Part shown: in pieces, positions 51,408-64,000 of the stretch
Position numbering within the stretch: the first letter of the stretch is position 1
Layout: every line of letters begins with the position of its first letter
NCBI GenBank assembly: GCA_963924565.1
Contig: OZ004610.1
Coordinates: forward strand, 31,372,001-31,436,000
DNA from: Ascidiella aspersa
Lineage: Eukaryota
Length of the DNA: 64,000 nt
Direction: 5' to 3'
Translations under genes and position numbers: made by a program
Notes under the pieces: model-generated
The model's input: only the letters and a program-made list of their open reading frames with translations
Told to the model about the DNA's origin: nothing
The model's database searches: none

Positions 51408-52178
51408 CAGTGGTTCTAACTCTTTTTAACGCGGGCCCCGCAAAAATAGTCACCATGGGTTGCCAAGATTTTCCAATATGATGTCAAAAGTTTATGTCAT
51501 AAAAAAAAGACTAGGAAATCTGCTGTTTAGGTCAAAAAACTAAAACTTTAAGTGAGCCTACATACATTTAAAGAAAAGGCGCCAAAGTATTTTTTTAATT
51601 TAACTTTTTTGTTTGGAAAAATTTATTCTATTATTTTTACTCCTTTCACGCCCTAAAACTAGCCCCCAAACCCAAATTGGCACATGGACTCCAGTTTAAT
51701 AACACATGCTGATAGCAAGGCTGCTTAACTTGTTTATTCAGAGGTCCTGATGTGAACCTTTATGGTCGTGTCAGTTTAAATATTTTAAAATGGTTCTAAT
51801 GCAACATGTCTTGTATGCACAAGGTGGTTTATTGTTTCACCTCGGGTAAAATTTTTTTTCTAAGCGGGCCCCTAAAAAATGTCCCCCTGGACAAGGGCCG
51901 GCAAAATTTTATCAGTATGATGTCAAAAGTTGATCTCATAAAACAAAAAGGCTAAGAAATCTGCTATTTAGGTCGAACAAATGTAAACCTTAAATTAAGT
52001 CTAAATACAATCAATTAAAAGACGCCAAAAGTGTTTTTTTTTTATTTAAACTTTTTTGTTTGGAAAAATTTATTCTATTATTTTAGACACACTCGAAGAT
52101 TTAATTATTTTATTTGTGGACCCTAAAACTAGCCCGCAAACCCCATTTGGCCTATGGACCCCAGTTTAAGAAACCCTG
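51408..52178. mobile_element. Two tandem diverged copies of a hAT-type MITE region
   Basis: 51408-51708 (cagtggttctaac...agtttaataacacatg) is repeated at about 51860-52178, ending agtttaagaaaccctg. Confidence 0.7.
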
Positions 52179-53757
52179 CCTATAAAAAGGCTACCTGACT
52201 TGTTTTAGCAAGAGTCACGATATGAAAAGTACGTACTTTTTATCGGGTCCGGTCAATTCGGTCAAATATTTTGAAAATGGACGCAACAGGTCTTAAAAGC
52301 ACAAGGTGGTTTATCGTTTTAATAGTCACCTCTTTGAGGAATTTGTCTCTCTTTATTGCTTTAAAATGCAAAGTTCTTGCTATCTTTTTAGTAAACTGGA
52401 TACATCGTAAAGTCCAAATCAACTTTATTTTATACATAGTTTCGCTGGTGTCACATAGCATAACATATGGACATTTGTTCTGTAGGCTTCCAGCACTAAT
52501 ATTTAATTTACAACTGCACGATTAAACCTACTATAGAAATTGATTGATAAGTAGTGTGCGTTTGCATCGTTGAACGATCCAAGTTGTTATCTATTCAAAA
52601 ACTTTTACGAGTTAACACACAGCTGATAGCAGTAACTGGTTATCGGTTGTGGCACAATATCATCGCACTTTTATTTAGAAAGTCAGTAGTTGTAGGCTAC
52701 GAAAATAGAAACAGTTTGAAAAAGTTTCAACAAGCCGTAGGATTTTATGTCTTTCTATATTTAGTCAATATTGATATGGTATAATTGTGGCGGGACATGT
52801 GCGTACGATTTCTATGTTGTTTACGCGTTTTGCGTGTTGTTTACGTCGCAATTACGATCGGGATCAAAACAAGTTCGCTGTCCGCCTTGAATGCTGCGCT
52901 GACCTCGATTCACGATCTGATATCGCGCGCTGGACACAAGAGTTGCGCGGCGGCGGTAATTAGAGAGCCGTCGTACGACCCGGTCGTTACGGGGCAACTG
53001 CAGGTATTCTTACCCCACCACGTCTCGAAGCAGCGAAAGCGAAAGGCAAAAGTTGCCAGTTGGGCTTGCGCCGTTTGTCGCAAGTCAGCGGGCGAGGCCT
53101 CGACCGGCATAATTTGTTATTGCAATGTCGCGCGCACACGGGTAAGTTCGCGCGGAGGGTGGCAATTAGCGTGCCGCGCCGCAGTACCCCTTTCATTGTG
53201 ACAGCAATTTGAGGGTCTGGACCTGAAGACGAAAGCGGCAAACAACACGTTTCGAAAGCGGCGCAAATATTATGACAAGGCTGAAAGATCTTGGGCCGGG
53301 TAATATGTTGTTGCTAGTTGTTAGCCAATTTGGGCGGTCGCAGTCATTTTCGGTGAGCGAAAACGGATAAATGAATTTGCAAAAAATAGAGGGGAAAGAG
53401 AAGATTTACAACGGCAGTGTGATTTCAGTCTTGGGCTTGTACAGAAGTGGGGTTTATCAGTAAACACAAAAACAAAGCATTTTTCTAAGAAAACAATTAA
53501 AATCCAACATCCATCGCTTAAGGTTCACGCTAGGCCAAAATCCAAGCCTTAAGCACGTTTTTGACTTTTCAAGGTCAAGGAGAGGTCACCGCGTGGCAAG
53601 TGATAGTTGTGCGATTTCCGAGAGATGATTTCAAAGCCGCTAATTTCAACTTAAAGCTATGTAATGAAATGCGGGGTAAGTACCTCGCACATTCGATGCT
53701 GTTTTGATAAGAATGACTACTTGAGAAAAATCTTTGTATACGGCTGTATTTGTCCTA

Positions 53758-53868
53758 ATTCTAAATAGAGAAATCAGGTGGCACTGTATAAAGACAAATT
53801 GTATTTGATTTGTCGAGAATCAAATACAATTTGTCTTTATACAGTGCCACCTGATTTCTCTACTTGAA
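53758..53868. mobile_element. Family A palindromic repeat (outer arms only)
   Basis: Near-perfect inverted repeat gagaaatcaggtggcactgtataaagacaaattgtatttgatt / aatcaaatacaatttgtctttatacagtgccacctgatttctc. Confidence 0.8.
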
Positions 53869-56412
53869 AAAAATACAGGTCTTTAAAGCCGTTTATTATC
53901 TCGGTTCCACAGCATTGTGCGCCCTGTGATTTAATTAACCCACTTTTAACAGTATGTAAAAAAAACAGCAAAATCAACTTATTGATAAAATAACGCGTTC
54001 ACATTTATAATTTATTTAATTTTTTTTCTGTGTTTTCTTTTTATGCAGTTACAATTTCTTAATATATTTTTCTTACGAATAGGGGAGTCAATGCCCCCGC
54101 TGTCAATTGTCTGTCGACGAACAAGGTACAGCAAGCTCCTATGGTTTCAAAAATATTCATTTCATACACCTTGTAATTAAACGGCAAATATAACGGCAAA
54201 CAAAAATAAAGGTGAAAAAATTGTTTAAAAGAGCAAACCCTCTTAACTTAACGAGATGTGCTGTATACCAATTTGGGTGTGCTTATCATGTTCACAACAC
54301 GCGCTTTAATTAAATTTCAATACAATTCACATTTTTTCACTATACCAAAACAAAACCATATCCAGGTTTAACACAACTGCTAGAACGCTTAACGGTTGCC
54401 AAATAACTAGAAATGCGTGATCCGAGTTTAAAAGAAGGTTCCCTAACCATATCTGGCGTGGCGGATATAATTTAAATCTTCCAACGTGAGCAAAATGTAT
54501 TTTTAACATGTACTAAATAGTAATTACATTGCCTAAATAAACGAAGGTTTGTGGTGACAAAAACTCACCCGTTGCTATAGCATATCATATATACACTAAA
54601 TTGCAGCGTAATAAAATACCTTGCGTATAGTGGAAACAATTTTAACTGTCATTCCACCCCCATTTTCAATCCACATCGCAAATTATCACAAATATAGACC
54701 GCAGTTACTGAAGTTACTATTTGATTTGTTGATACACATTACCACTCTACCCAAAAGTTTAGACCGCAGTAAAACATAAGATTGTAAATTAACCAGTTGT
54801 ATTTCATTTTTGATCTACACTAGCAACACTAAGTTACCAAAAGTGTGAATCGCAGTAAAACCAAATTTGCAAATTTTAACAGTTGTAAGACTAAAGTTAG
54901 TATCTAAATTGCCCAAAATGTGGCCCGCGGTAACAAAAAAATAGCCCATAGCATGCGTCGCGAGTTCTATTTCCGGGTCAAAATTTTTCGGGTTGTAAAG
55001 CAACCGCAATGCACATAAAAAACGGCGAGGGAGCTCAAGTGAACGGTTTCAGGAAGCGAGTTTTCAAATTCGTTTTGCAAACTTTTTCTTTTTGTATTTG
55101 AGAAACAACAAACGTGATTCTCATACCTCCTATTTACGTTTGATTATTTTTGTGATGTTTATCGTTATTTACACGTTACATTTATTCGTCCAGAATATCA
55201 ACAGAGATTACCAAGTTATCAAAAATATAGAGCGCAATTACCCAAGTTGCGATTTTATTTTTGTATGAACACTACCACACTACCAAAAGTTTGGTCCGCA
55301 GTAAAACATAAGATGTTAAATCAACCAGTTGTGTTTCATTTTTGATCTACACTAGCAAGTTACTAAAAGTGTGGAACGCAGTAAAACCAATTTTGCGAAC
55401 TTTAACTGTTGTAAAGTTATTATCTAAATTGCCGAAAATGTGGACCACGGAAAAAAGGCCCATCGCATGCGTCGCGAGTACAATTTCCGGGTTACAATTC
55501 TTCGGGTTGTAAAGCGACCGCGAAGCACATCAAAAACGGCGAGCGCGCGCAATTGAACGGTTTCAGGAAGCGAGTCCACGCTGGGCGTTCGCGGTCGCCG
55601 GCCAACTTCAAAGTCGCGTTAATCCCGAGGGGCGCATAAGTCGTGCTCGAAACTGTGGCAGCGAGCGAAAAAAACGAAGGCTCCATTCAGTTCAACCCCG
55701 ATACGCGCGCGCGCAAACGCCCGGGATATGTTTGTGCAGTCATAAAACGGTCAGCGTACGCCCATTCGCGTATTGTCGACGGGATTATTAACTTGGCGTG
55801 CGGCGCGACGCACGGCCATCGTGAACTGGGTCGTCGTCGCAATAAACGTCAGCGAACGAAGCTCGGCGGGTCGCCCAGTCATCTCGCAACTTGAAATTGA
55901 GTCATCACTACCGAATTATGTCACATCGACAACGCCCTATCACGCTTCGTTGTCGCAACTTTAAACAGTGTTATGCCGGAAATAGATCGTGTATTTCACA
56001 GGGGTGAATGTTTTTAGATTGCAACGTCGTACCAATAAGAATATGGTGCCGTTATATTAAAATAACATAATTAAAGTATGACACATTGATTACACCCTAT
56101 CACACTTCGTGATTCAAACTTTAAACGGTATTAGGCCGAAAATAGATCGTGTATTTCACAGGGTTAAACGTTGATTTAACTGACACGTTGTACTAGCGAT
56201 ATAAACACGGTGCCGTTATATGGGAATAACATATCGAAGGATGACGCCTTGATTTCAGCTCCTAATGAAATTACTACCATAACGGACGAAACATTGAAAT
56301 TATTTAGGTAATTTTACTTTCAAATTAGAAACAAAAATCAAATGACTATTCCGGTTAATAAAAATTTGAAAATTATGCGTTCATTGTCTCAGGAAATTAA
56401 TTAGTTTTACTG

Positions 56413-56461
56413 ATATCACTGATGATGGCATGCGCATTTGCCGAAACGTTTGAATAATAAA
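56413..56461 (+). ncRNA. Minimal type-I hammerhead ribozyme motif with intact core, followed by AATAAA
   Basis: TCA CTGATGA T GGCA tgcgcatt TGCC GAA ACGT T TGA ... AATAAA; stem I is only 3 bp. Confidence 0.65.
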
Positions 56462-58515
56462 GCATGTCGCTTTTTATGTCTATTTGGGCCGTTATTTTCG
56501 CCATTAAACTTATGAACAGATCCGTATAGTGTTCTTAATTAGTTTTAAATTACGACTACAGTATTAAACTGGCATCGCTATTGCAATCCGCCATTACAAC
56601 CAAACCGCTGTTACAAGTTTTATCAAAAATGATATAGGTCAGATAAAAAGGCCAGGTATAGTGTTACTTATTTATTTCTTTGCAGCCGCATTTGTGCATG
56701 TTCGTAACTGGTAGTGAACGAGGAAAGTCAATACTGGTGTCATACAAATGGCGCAACCCACCTAACAATAAGAACGAGTGCTTAATTTGACGTTATTTAT
56801 CAACTTTAGGATTAAACACTTTTCTATTTTTACTACTAACTTTTCCTTGTAAATTGATTAAATTAGTTTTAATTATAGTTGTCGAGGCTTTTTTTAGCTT
56901 CAACCAAATAAAAAAATAATTAAATACAAATGGAATTTTTTTTATCAAAAAAAACCTATATTTTTTTTTACCTATATTTTCCTGTAAAGGTTCGGTCACT
57001 TGTAAAGGCGAGGAAAAGATGTTTGTCAAATGGAGCGATTCCGGTCTCGAAACGCATTTTGTTCCATACTCGGATATTGTTTTTTAATTAAGATCAACAG
57101 TTTTATTGATGTTTATTCGAAACCGTTGTTAAAACGAACCAGCCGTGGGCAAAGCCGCCAAGGATGGTCACGTTGGTCGTGCTTCTTAAAATGTTGGGAG
57201 CTTTCCGCTATAGTCGCAAGAGGACGAAGTAGGACACTTTTGAGAGAGATTTTACAACGATTTAATCAAAACTTACGACGACGAAGCAAAGCTTGAAATA
57301 CCATTTCTGTTGTGAGAGCGGCACTTGTAAAAGCTTCCGCGTAAATGAAATCCCGCTTGAGTAAACACGGCGAAACGTCGCGCCGGAAATTAGTGTTGCT
57401 TTGACGTTGAAAATGAAAGCGACGGCGAAATAAATTCCAAAGTTCTTCGAGTATAAACGCCCCGATCTGGTGCCGGATTTATAACAGCGTTGGTGATTGC
57501 GCCGCTTCAGCAGACTGGCTGCGGCGGGTCGTAATAAAACGCGTTACGCAACGGTTGCGACTTGTCAATCCGCGAATTGAAAACGCCACGTTCGCGGATG
57601 CAGTGCCGGAGGCCGACTGTGATATTGCCTGTTGGTCGTTAAGCGCCGATTGCGTTTGGCTGGGCGCATTTTTTCAGAACGTTTGAAAGTCCTTTCGGAT
57701 TTTAATTTGAATGCTGCACGAAAAGCGTAAATGACATTTTTGCAAGGGTGAACCCACACGGGTGGGTAAAGATGGTTTACAGGGTTACATCACAGTTTAA
57801 AAAATTATTCAAAGATCTTTTAAAATTTAGAGCGTTTTTAAGATATAAAATTGGATCGCTGGAAAGTTTTTTAGTGTAATTTGAAAACAAAACAGTAAAA
57901 ATGGCATGGTCAACACATTAAAAAAAATGATTAAAAGTTGTTTTTTTAACAGCGCTTCTTAGCACATGACTATTTAAAGACTTACGTAAGTTAAATCAAT
58001 TCAAAGACATTTAAAGATTCAAAGGTTTCTGGTTTTAATAATCATCACACCGTTTTTAGTACGCATTGATAAATTTAGGAGTGATTACGGTAATGGCATA
58101 TAATGGTTAACCTGAAACCACATGCCGAAAATTGTGAGGGATACAAAAGTGGTAATTAGGAATATAGAAATTGAAACCTTCCAGGGTATTTAAAATTCAA
58201 CAGTACAGTTGTTCGGACGTATTTGGGGGCATTGGTATCGTATGGCATTATACAGCCTTTTCAAATTCGAAAGTGTCGTGGTCGTATTGCTCTTTCGTTT
58301 TTTGCTATACGTTTGCTTAAAATTTCCGTTTTTTTGCAAAATGTATTTTCCGTCAGGAAATTTATCCTTATTTGACGATTTCCAAACAAAATCGCCACCG
58401 CTCGATTTTACGCCGCTGCGCTATTGCGCCAACTTGCGGTAAATATATATGGTGATAAAGTTGAAAGGATTTAAAAAATTAAAATCGGAAGGCATCTTTG
58501 CCAAAACTAAACGGC

Positions 58516-58744
58516 TGTCACGCCAAAATTAGTCCGGCCGGATCGATTTTGGTCGTAATCAAGCGCCAAATTGGTAAGGTCGGATCGATTTTGGCGTTGG
58601 AACAGCCGCTAAAACAGAGGTCTGGCTAGGGTTAGGGTTAGGCCGGACCAGTTTTGGCCTAGCCGGACCTGTTTTAGCGGCTGTTTCAACGCCAAAATTG
58701 ATCAGACCGGATCAGTTTTGGCCCCGGACCAAATTTCGCGTTAC
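58516..58744. mobile_element. TIR element with internal palindromic subrepeats and central GGGTTA-like tract
   Basis: Ends tgtcacgccaaaattagtccgg / ccggaccaaatttcgcgttaca; inner inverted repeat acagccgctaaaaca / tgttttagcggctgt. Confidence 0.7.
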
Positions 58745-59696
58745 ACCAACACAAATCTTAAAATATATCAAATTTGAAAAATGTTTTTGACAGTATAGAC
58801 ACTTTGAACTGTACAACCTTTGAACTGATATAAACAAACGAAACTGCATGTACACTGTGTTTATTTTATTTGAATGTTTCAACTAGCAGCAGTTTCTCCA
58901 AATTTGGCAAGGCGTCTTGGAAGCATCCTGCAGAAAAAACAAACACCAGTATACAATTATCCAAACGAATTACGAAGCTAACTTACCTATCCGATTATAC
59001 ATTACCGAATTACAACCGACAAATTCGTAGTATTATCCACCCCGTGTAAAAATGCTTATTTACATACCCTACATTCTGTAAAAAACGGTAGAATTAAACC
59101 TGTAAAAAACACGCGATAAAATACGTTTATGTTAACCATTTTTCACAGCCTCATGGGCCCTGTAAAATTTCCTGATGACTGCAACTGACAAACTTTCTGA
59201 CACTGGTCACTGTAAATTGCGCCGTAAACAATGAACAAAACATGCGCTACAATTTGCATATCTAACGATCAATGATAACCAACCCCTAGCAACTTCACAC
59301 GCAAGACAGAAAGAACGGGTGTTTATCTACCGTGATATCAATCATACACACCTGGGGTCGGTTCCGTAAATACGAGACGCCCGATTGCTACTTGCATCCA
59401 TTCCTTCCAACAGACGACCTAAAAACAACATGTACCACTTTAAATAAGTTAATTACGTAATGCCCATTTCCTAAAAACAACATGTACCACTTTAAACAAG
59501 TTAATTACGTAATGCTTATTTCCTATTTGCACAAAAAATACACAAAATATAAAATCAGAGAAAACATGGAAAAGTATACGTGAAATGGCCTTTAAAAAGA
59601 AAATTAATTTAAATTAAGCTTTCAGCTTAATAGGTGTAAAAAGGGCAGCGAATTTAAGATGAAATGTTAAGTGTATCTGATTTAGAAGGTGATAAC

Positions 59697-59820
59697 TAGG
59701 GCGATTATTTTTGGACCTAAAAATTAAGAAAATTTAACCTGGAAAATTAAAATTTTGACAAATTTTGACCTAACATGCAAATTTTGACTTTTTTTTACAA
59801 GTCAAAAAATAATCGCCCTA
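59697..59820. mobile_element. hAT-type MITE (short)
   Basis: TIR tagggcgattattttt / aaaaataatcgcccta; TSD gtgataac/gttataac. Confidence 0.88.
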
Positions 59821-59828
59821 GTTATAAC

Positions 59829-60229
59829 CAGGGCTGGGGAGCCGGAGCTGGAGCTGGAGCCCGGAGCCCGGAGCTAAGCATTTTCTCTGGAGCCGGAGCC
59901 GGAGCCATTTTTATTATTTTTGTGTAGCTGGAGCCATTTTTCAATTTGTGGTGTTAAAGCTAAGAAATTATATTTTGTTCCATCTCCAACGTTAGTGAGA
60001 CAAAAGCAATTTTTAAAACTTGCCATTGAATAAGTGACTGGTGGCACCGGAGCTGGAGCCGGAGTCATTGGGTGTATGTTTGATGGCTCCGGAGCTGGAG
60101 CCGGAGCCAAGGGATATGAGTTTTACTACTCCGGAGCTGGAGCCGGAGCCATTTAATAATTGCCTGATGGCTCCGGAGCTGGAGCTGGAGCCGGAGCTAA
60201 TGCTATTTTACGGTGGCTCCCCAGCCCTG
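59829..60229. mobile_element. hAT-type MITE with GGAGC(C/T) hexamer subrepeats
   Basis: TIR cagggctggggagcc / ggctccccagccctg; perfect TSD gttataac. Confidence 0.92.
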
Positions 60230-60437
60230 GTTATAACAGTAATTAGGGCCTTAAATAGGTTCACGTTGCACAGGTGACTGTTTTTATTAATCACAAATAG
60301 TATAAATTAACTCGCATTTTCCTGCAAAACGCAAAACCGCGCTGAGGAATTAGATTGTCATTATGTTCAAGACATTATTTTGTTCTTTATCTCTAATTAG
60401 CAAAAAATGTTAAATCACTGTTAAACAAGCCTTAAAC

Positions 60438-60897
60438 CAGTGGCCGGCAAACTTTTTTTGTCGCGGCCCAAAGTTACCTTCTCAAAGCTATTGAAGGCCG
60501 TTTACGTAAAACCACTACGAAAACAGTGGCGGATTCAGGATATTTGTTTTTAAGGTGAAATATTACACGGCGCCTTGATGCCCAAAAGACTGGCATGGCA
60601 TAAAACGAAGAATATACGCGCGAACGCGAAAAAGGTTTCGTTTATGGAAAGTTAAAGTGGCAAAAAAATATAGCTCGTCAGGCACTCAAGGTCACATCGG
60701 CTCGTAGGCCTTTATATAAGCGGAGCCAATTTAAAAATGTTATGCCAAACGAACTATTAAAAGTACATGGAATGTGCGGCTATCACGCGGCCCACAACTA
60801 CATGACAACACTAAGCTCTACAAAAGTAACTCGCAGCCCACTAAAAATGGCTCTGCGGCCCACATTTGGGCCGCGGCCCACAGTTTGCCGACCACTG
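60438..60897. mobile_element. hAT-type MITE
   Basis: TIR cagtggccggcaaact / agtttgccgaccactg; TSD ccttaaac/ctttaaac. Confidence 0.88.
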
Positions 60898-60970
60898 CTT
60901 TAAACAACGGAGAACACAACATGCGTCTTAGTTTGCATATCTCACAATCAATGATAACCAACCCCTAGCA

Positions 60971-61467
60971 CAGGGATTGCGAACCATTGACCCGCGGGTC
61001 ACAAAGTGACCCACCACAGATTTTTAATGACCCACTTGCCTTACTAGAAAGATCGAAATGTTGTCAATGTAAAAAAATCGAAAATGTGTGCAGAACAGCC
61101 CAAAAGCATTTTGTTTATCGCTGTAAAACGTAGGTGGCGATAATTTTAGGGAAATTAAGAGTTTGCAGCCCCAAAATGCTAAAAACCCTGGTTAAACCAT
61201 ACTGAAGCTTTGTGCTAAACTCCTGGTATTACCATAAAAATGCTGAAGCATTTGTTAACTATTTAGTTTTACCTTTCGTTGGAATCCGAATTTAGAAATC
61301 GCCCAAAAACCTTGAATTATCAACCCAAGACAAATACACTTACAACGACGCAGCAACAAAGTCTCGCATAAAATTAGCATATCTTACAATTTATGCCCCA
61401 CTTGTGCGTTTTGCAAGGATTGAGAATGCGTTTGTGACCCGCGCGATGAAAAGGTTCGCCATCCCTG
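60971..61467. mobile_element. hAT-type MITE
   Basis: TIR cagggattgcgaacc / ggttcgccatccctg; perfect TSD ccctagca; empty site in the paralogous segment at about 59284. Confidence 0.92.
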
Positions 61468-62023
61468 CCCTAGCAACTTCACACGCAACATTCTATGTGT
61501 CATCATACACACCTGGAGTAGGTTCCGTAAGTTTGAGATGCCCCGTTGCTACTTGCATCCATTCCTTTCATCAGAGGACCTGAAAAAACAACATGTACCA
61601 TTATAAATAAGTTAATTGCGTAATGCCGATTTGCTATTTGCGCTAATTAATACAAAAATTATAAATTTGGAAAAAATAAAAGTATACGCGAAATGGCAGG
61701 TTAATTATGTAAAAACCGATAAGTATTTTTTGAAACAGCGATGGTTTAAAATGACATTCGAGTCGACTAACCCAGAAAAGGGAAAATTAAGTTAAGTTGA
61801 GCTTTTTATTTGGCAGCAAAATGAATTGATATGTACATTGTAGGTGTAAACATAGCAGCGAATATACGATAATATATTAAGTGTTGGTGATATTTAGAAT
61901 ATGATAACAGTATTTAGTGCCTTAACTAGGTTTACGTTGCACAAGTGACTGTTTCTATTAATCACAAATAGTATAATTAAGTCCAGTTTTTTGCCAAAAA
62001 ATAACCGGGCTAGTGATGTAGAT

Positions 62024-63520
62024 CAGGATTTCCCAAACTGTGGCCCGCGGACCATTGGTGGTCCGCGACGACTGTACAGGTCCGTGACAATATAACAATA
62101 AATTAAAAAGTTACGCATATACGTTGTACAGCAGGGGTCGACAACCTACGGCCCGCGGGCCGGATCAGGCCTGCGAAAGTAATTTATCTGACCCGCAGCC
62201 TATTTGACAAACTAGACACGAGTCCATTTCTCATACTTTTTGACTATTTTAACGAGGGCTGACAAGTCGGAGTCGGACTCGGGACTCGACGGAGTCGGTT
62301 TGTTTTGCCGGAGCTGGACTCTGGACTCGAGTCCTAAGTCCGACGAGCGCATGCGCAGCATCAAATTTTAAAACTGTAAAGGCGGCAAGTTGTAAAAGTG
62401 TAATAGCAAATGTGAGATATTTTTAAACCATTTAATGTGGGTGGATCAATTATGACACCAATATGAGTGGTTTGCAGAAAATCCACCTTAATTTAGTTGC
62501 GTAAATGGGTAAAATACAGGCTGTAGAGTCCGAGCTGGACTCTGAACTCGACAAAATCTTACATTTGGCCGAGTCGGACTCGGGACTCGACAAAATCTTA
62601 CATTTGGCCGAGTCGGACTCGGGACTAGGAAAGTCGGAAGTCGGACTCGGGCTCCGCAGCCCTGATTTTAACTATGTAAGTGCGAAAAACCTTAACTATC
62701 TTTATACATCAGGTTTGTTTACGTTATATGATGCTGTCATTTGAACTAGATTAGAGCTTCTGGCGCTGTGGAAGACTGACTGCCAAGTGCCAAAGTACGT
62801 CGCGTAGAAACGGAAAACGTATTCAAAAATATTGGACATACATTTTTATTTTTGAAATGTAATAAAAACTTGCAAGAAATTTGAAAGAAATGCCGGTATA
62901 CTCCGCCAAAAAAAAAAATCGCGCTCGCTTCGCTCACCAGGTGCGCTCGAACTTAAATAGGTTAATAATCACTGAACTAGATTAACCATTAAGGTTATCG
63001 CGTTTTCTCAAAGTGTTTTATTACACTTTTGAATATGAATAACAACGCGTGGACTCGAATTTTAAACCAAACAAACGCTTTGCGCCAACACTTTACTGCC
63101 TCCTTAAAAGTAACTAAACACGTTTTTAAGTGCAAAAACATATCCGAAGCCCGCCTAATTTACAGTTGTTCTAACATTTTAATAACATAATTCTTAGTTA
63201 AAGTTTTGTGCGGCCCGCAGATCCTTTCTGAGTTTGGTTTTAGCCCACGACGAGAAAAAGGTTGCCGACAACTGTTCTACAGTATGTGTACTCTTTCAAA
63301 GATAATTCAGTATCGTAAATATTACTTGTTGCGCATTGAATTTATGACGAATTGATGATTTAAGCAGAGGGAAGCAATCCCATCCGTCCCATTATTGATG
63401 TTGTCAGTTTTGTAAATATATAAAATTTGGTTTTATTTAGTTTTTGCTTTGTATAGAGGTCCGCGAAAAAACAGATTTACAAATAGTGGTCCGTGGTCCA
63501 AAAAAGTTTGGGAAACCCTG
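62024..63520. mobile_element. hAT-type MITE containing three nested elements
   Basis: Outer TIR caggatttcccaaact / agtttgggaaaccctg with TSD atgtagat/atttagat. Nested: 62132-63274 (TSD ttgtacag/ttctacag), about 62216-63058 (TIR cgagtcca/tggactcg) and 62254-62664 (TSD attttaac). Confidence 0.88.
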
Positions 63521-64000
63521 ATTTAGATAGTCATTAGTCATTATTTTTGTGACCCTTTAACTCAAATTAATTAGCAAATATAGATATTCCCAATAGTAAT
63601 GACGAGACAAATGTGAACTAACCTGCTGCCTCCAAAACCTTGTTTTCTGGTGTCGTTGGTTCCTTCGCCTTCTTACAGGAGATTCCCTATAAAAAAATCC
63701 ACGTTTAAATAATTTGTCCCAGGTAGGCTGTGGACTACGGTATATAAATTAGTCTTAATCGGAAAACAGCACTTCTGGTAATTGTAATTCTTACAAACGT
63801 TTCGGCAACCTATGCAAGTCACCCTTGTCAAGGTGAATGACCGAACGTAGGCAATTTGCATAGGTTGCCGAAATTAGGTCTGACCAATACATAAATCAAG
63901 CCTAAACGCAGTTTAGGCATAATGACATTGAAAGTTAATGTGCATATAGCAGTAGTGCCCTACTATTAATTTCGAAACATGTTTTATTGACATTATTTTT

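Noticed and set aside
53219-53240. GGACCTGAAGACGAAAGC as a hammerhead core
   Set aside because: No stem II between CTGAAGA and GAAA, and no stem I partner.
58625-58642. TTAGGG-like tracts (also near 28770 and 28820)
   Set aside because: Only 2-3 units, embedded in interspersed repeats; not a telomere or interstitial telomeric array.
59874-60277. ORFs with APEPEP/PELEPE repeats on both strands
   Set aside because: Translations of GGAGC(C/T) hexamers inside a TIR/TSD-bounded MITE.
62505-62744. 79-aa ORF with ESDSGLDKILHLA repeat
   Set aside because: Subterminal repeats of the nested MITE 62254-62664.
1-64000. Autonomous transposase or reverse transcriptase partner for the MITEs and hammerhead repeats; tRNA/rRNA genes
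   Set aside because: No ORF with DDE, RT or GIY-YIG motifs and no cloverleaf or rRNA signature recognised in this window.

Overview
Eukaryotic (GT-AG intron) animal DNA, AT-rich with GC-rich islands. Intron sizes, gene content and repeat types best fit a compact invertebrate chordate such as an ascidian (inference). Four spliced protein-coding genes were reconstructed by hand. (1) A 17-exon delta-2-type protocadherin (+, 7716-17955, ~1090 aa; 6 EC repeats, TM, CM1/CM2). (2) A secreted protein with ~34 acidic 19-aa Ser/Gly/Asp repeats and a probable Cys-rich C-terminal domain (+, 22849-27123). (3) A 10-exon secreted ~780-aa protein not visible as a whole in the ORF track, with an apparently metal-less Cu/Zn-SOD-fold N-terminal domain and a G/Q/N/Y/W-rich tail (+, 29472-37229). 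(4) A Hairy/E(spl) bHLH-Orange gene ending in WRPWGL (-, 43050-44861), followed by about 19 kb without recognisable genes. Non-coding DNA carries many hAT-type MITEs with 8-bp TSDs, including a 4-level nest and two elements in one target site, and many short diverged local duplications. Most notably, at least five unrelated short repeat families fold into minimal type-I hammerhead ribozymes (CUGAnGA...GAAA-palindrome), mostly as head-to-head inverted pairs resembling Penelope-like pLTR/retrozyme derivatives. No rRNA, tRNA, CRISPR array or autonomous transposase/RT ORF was recognised.
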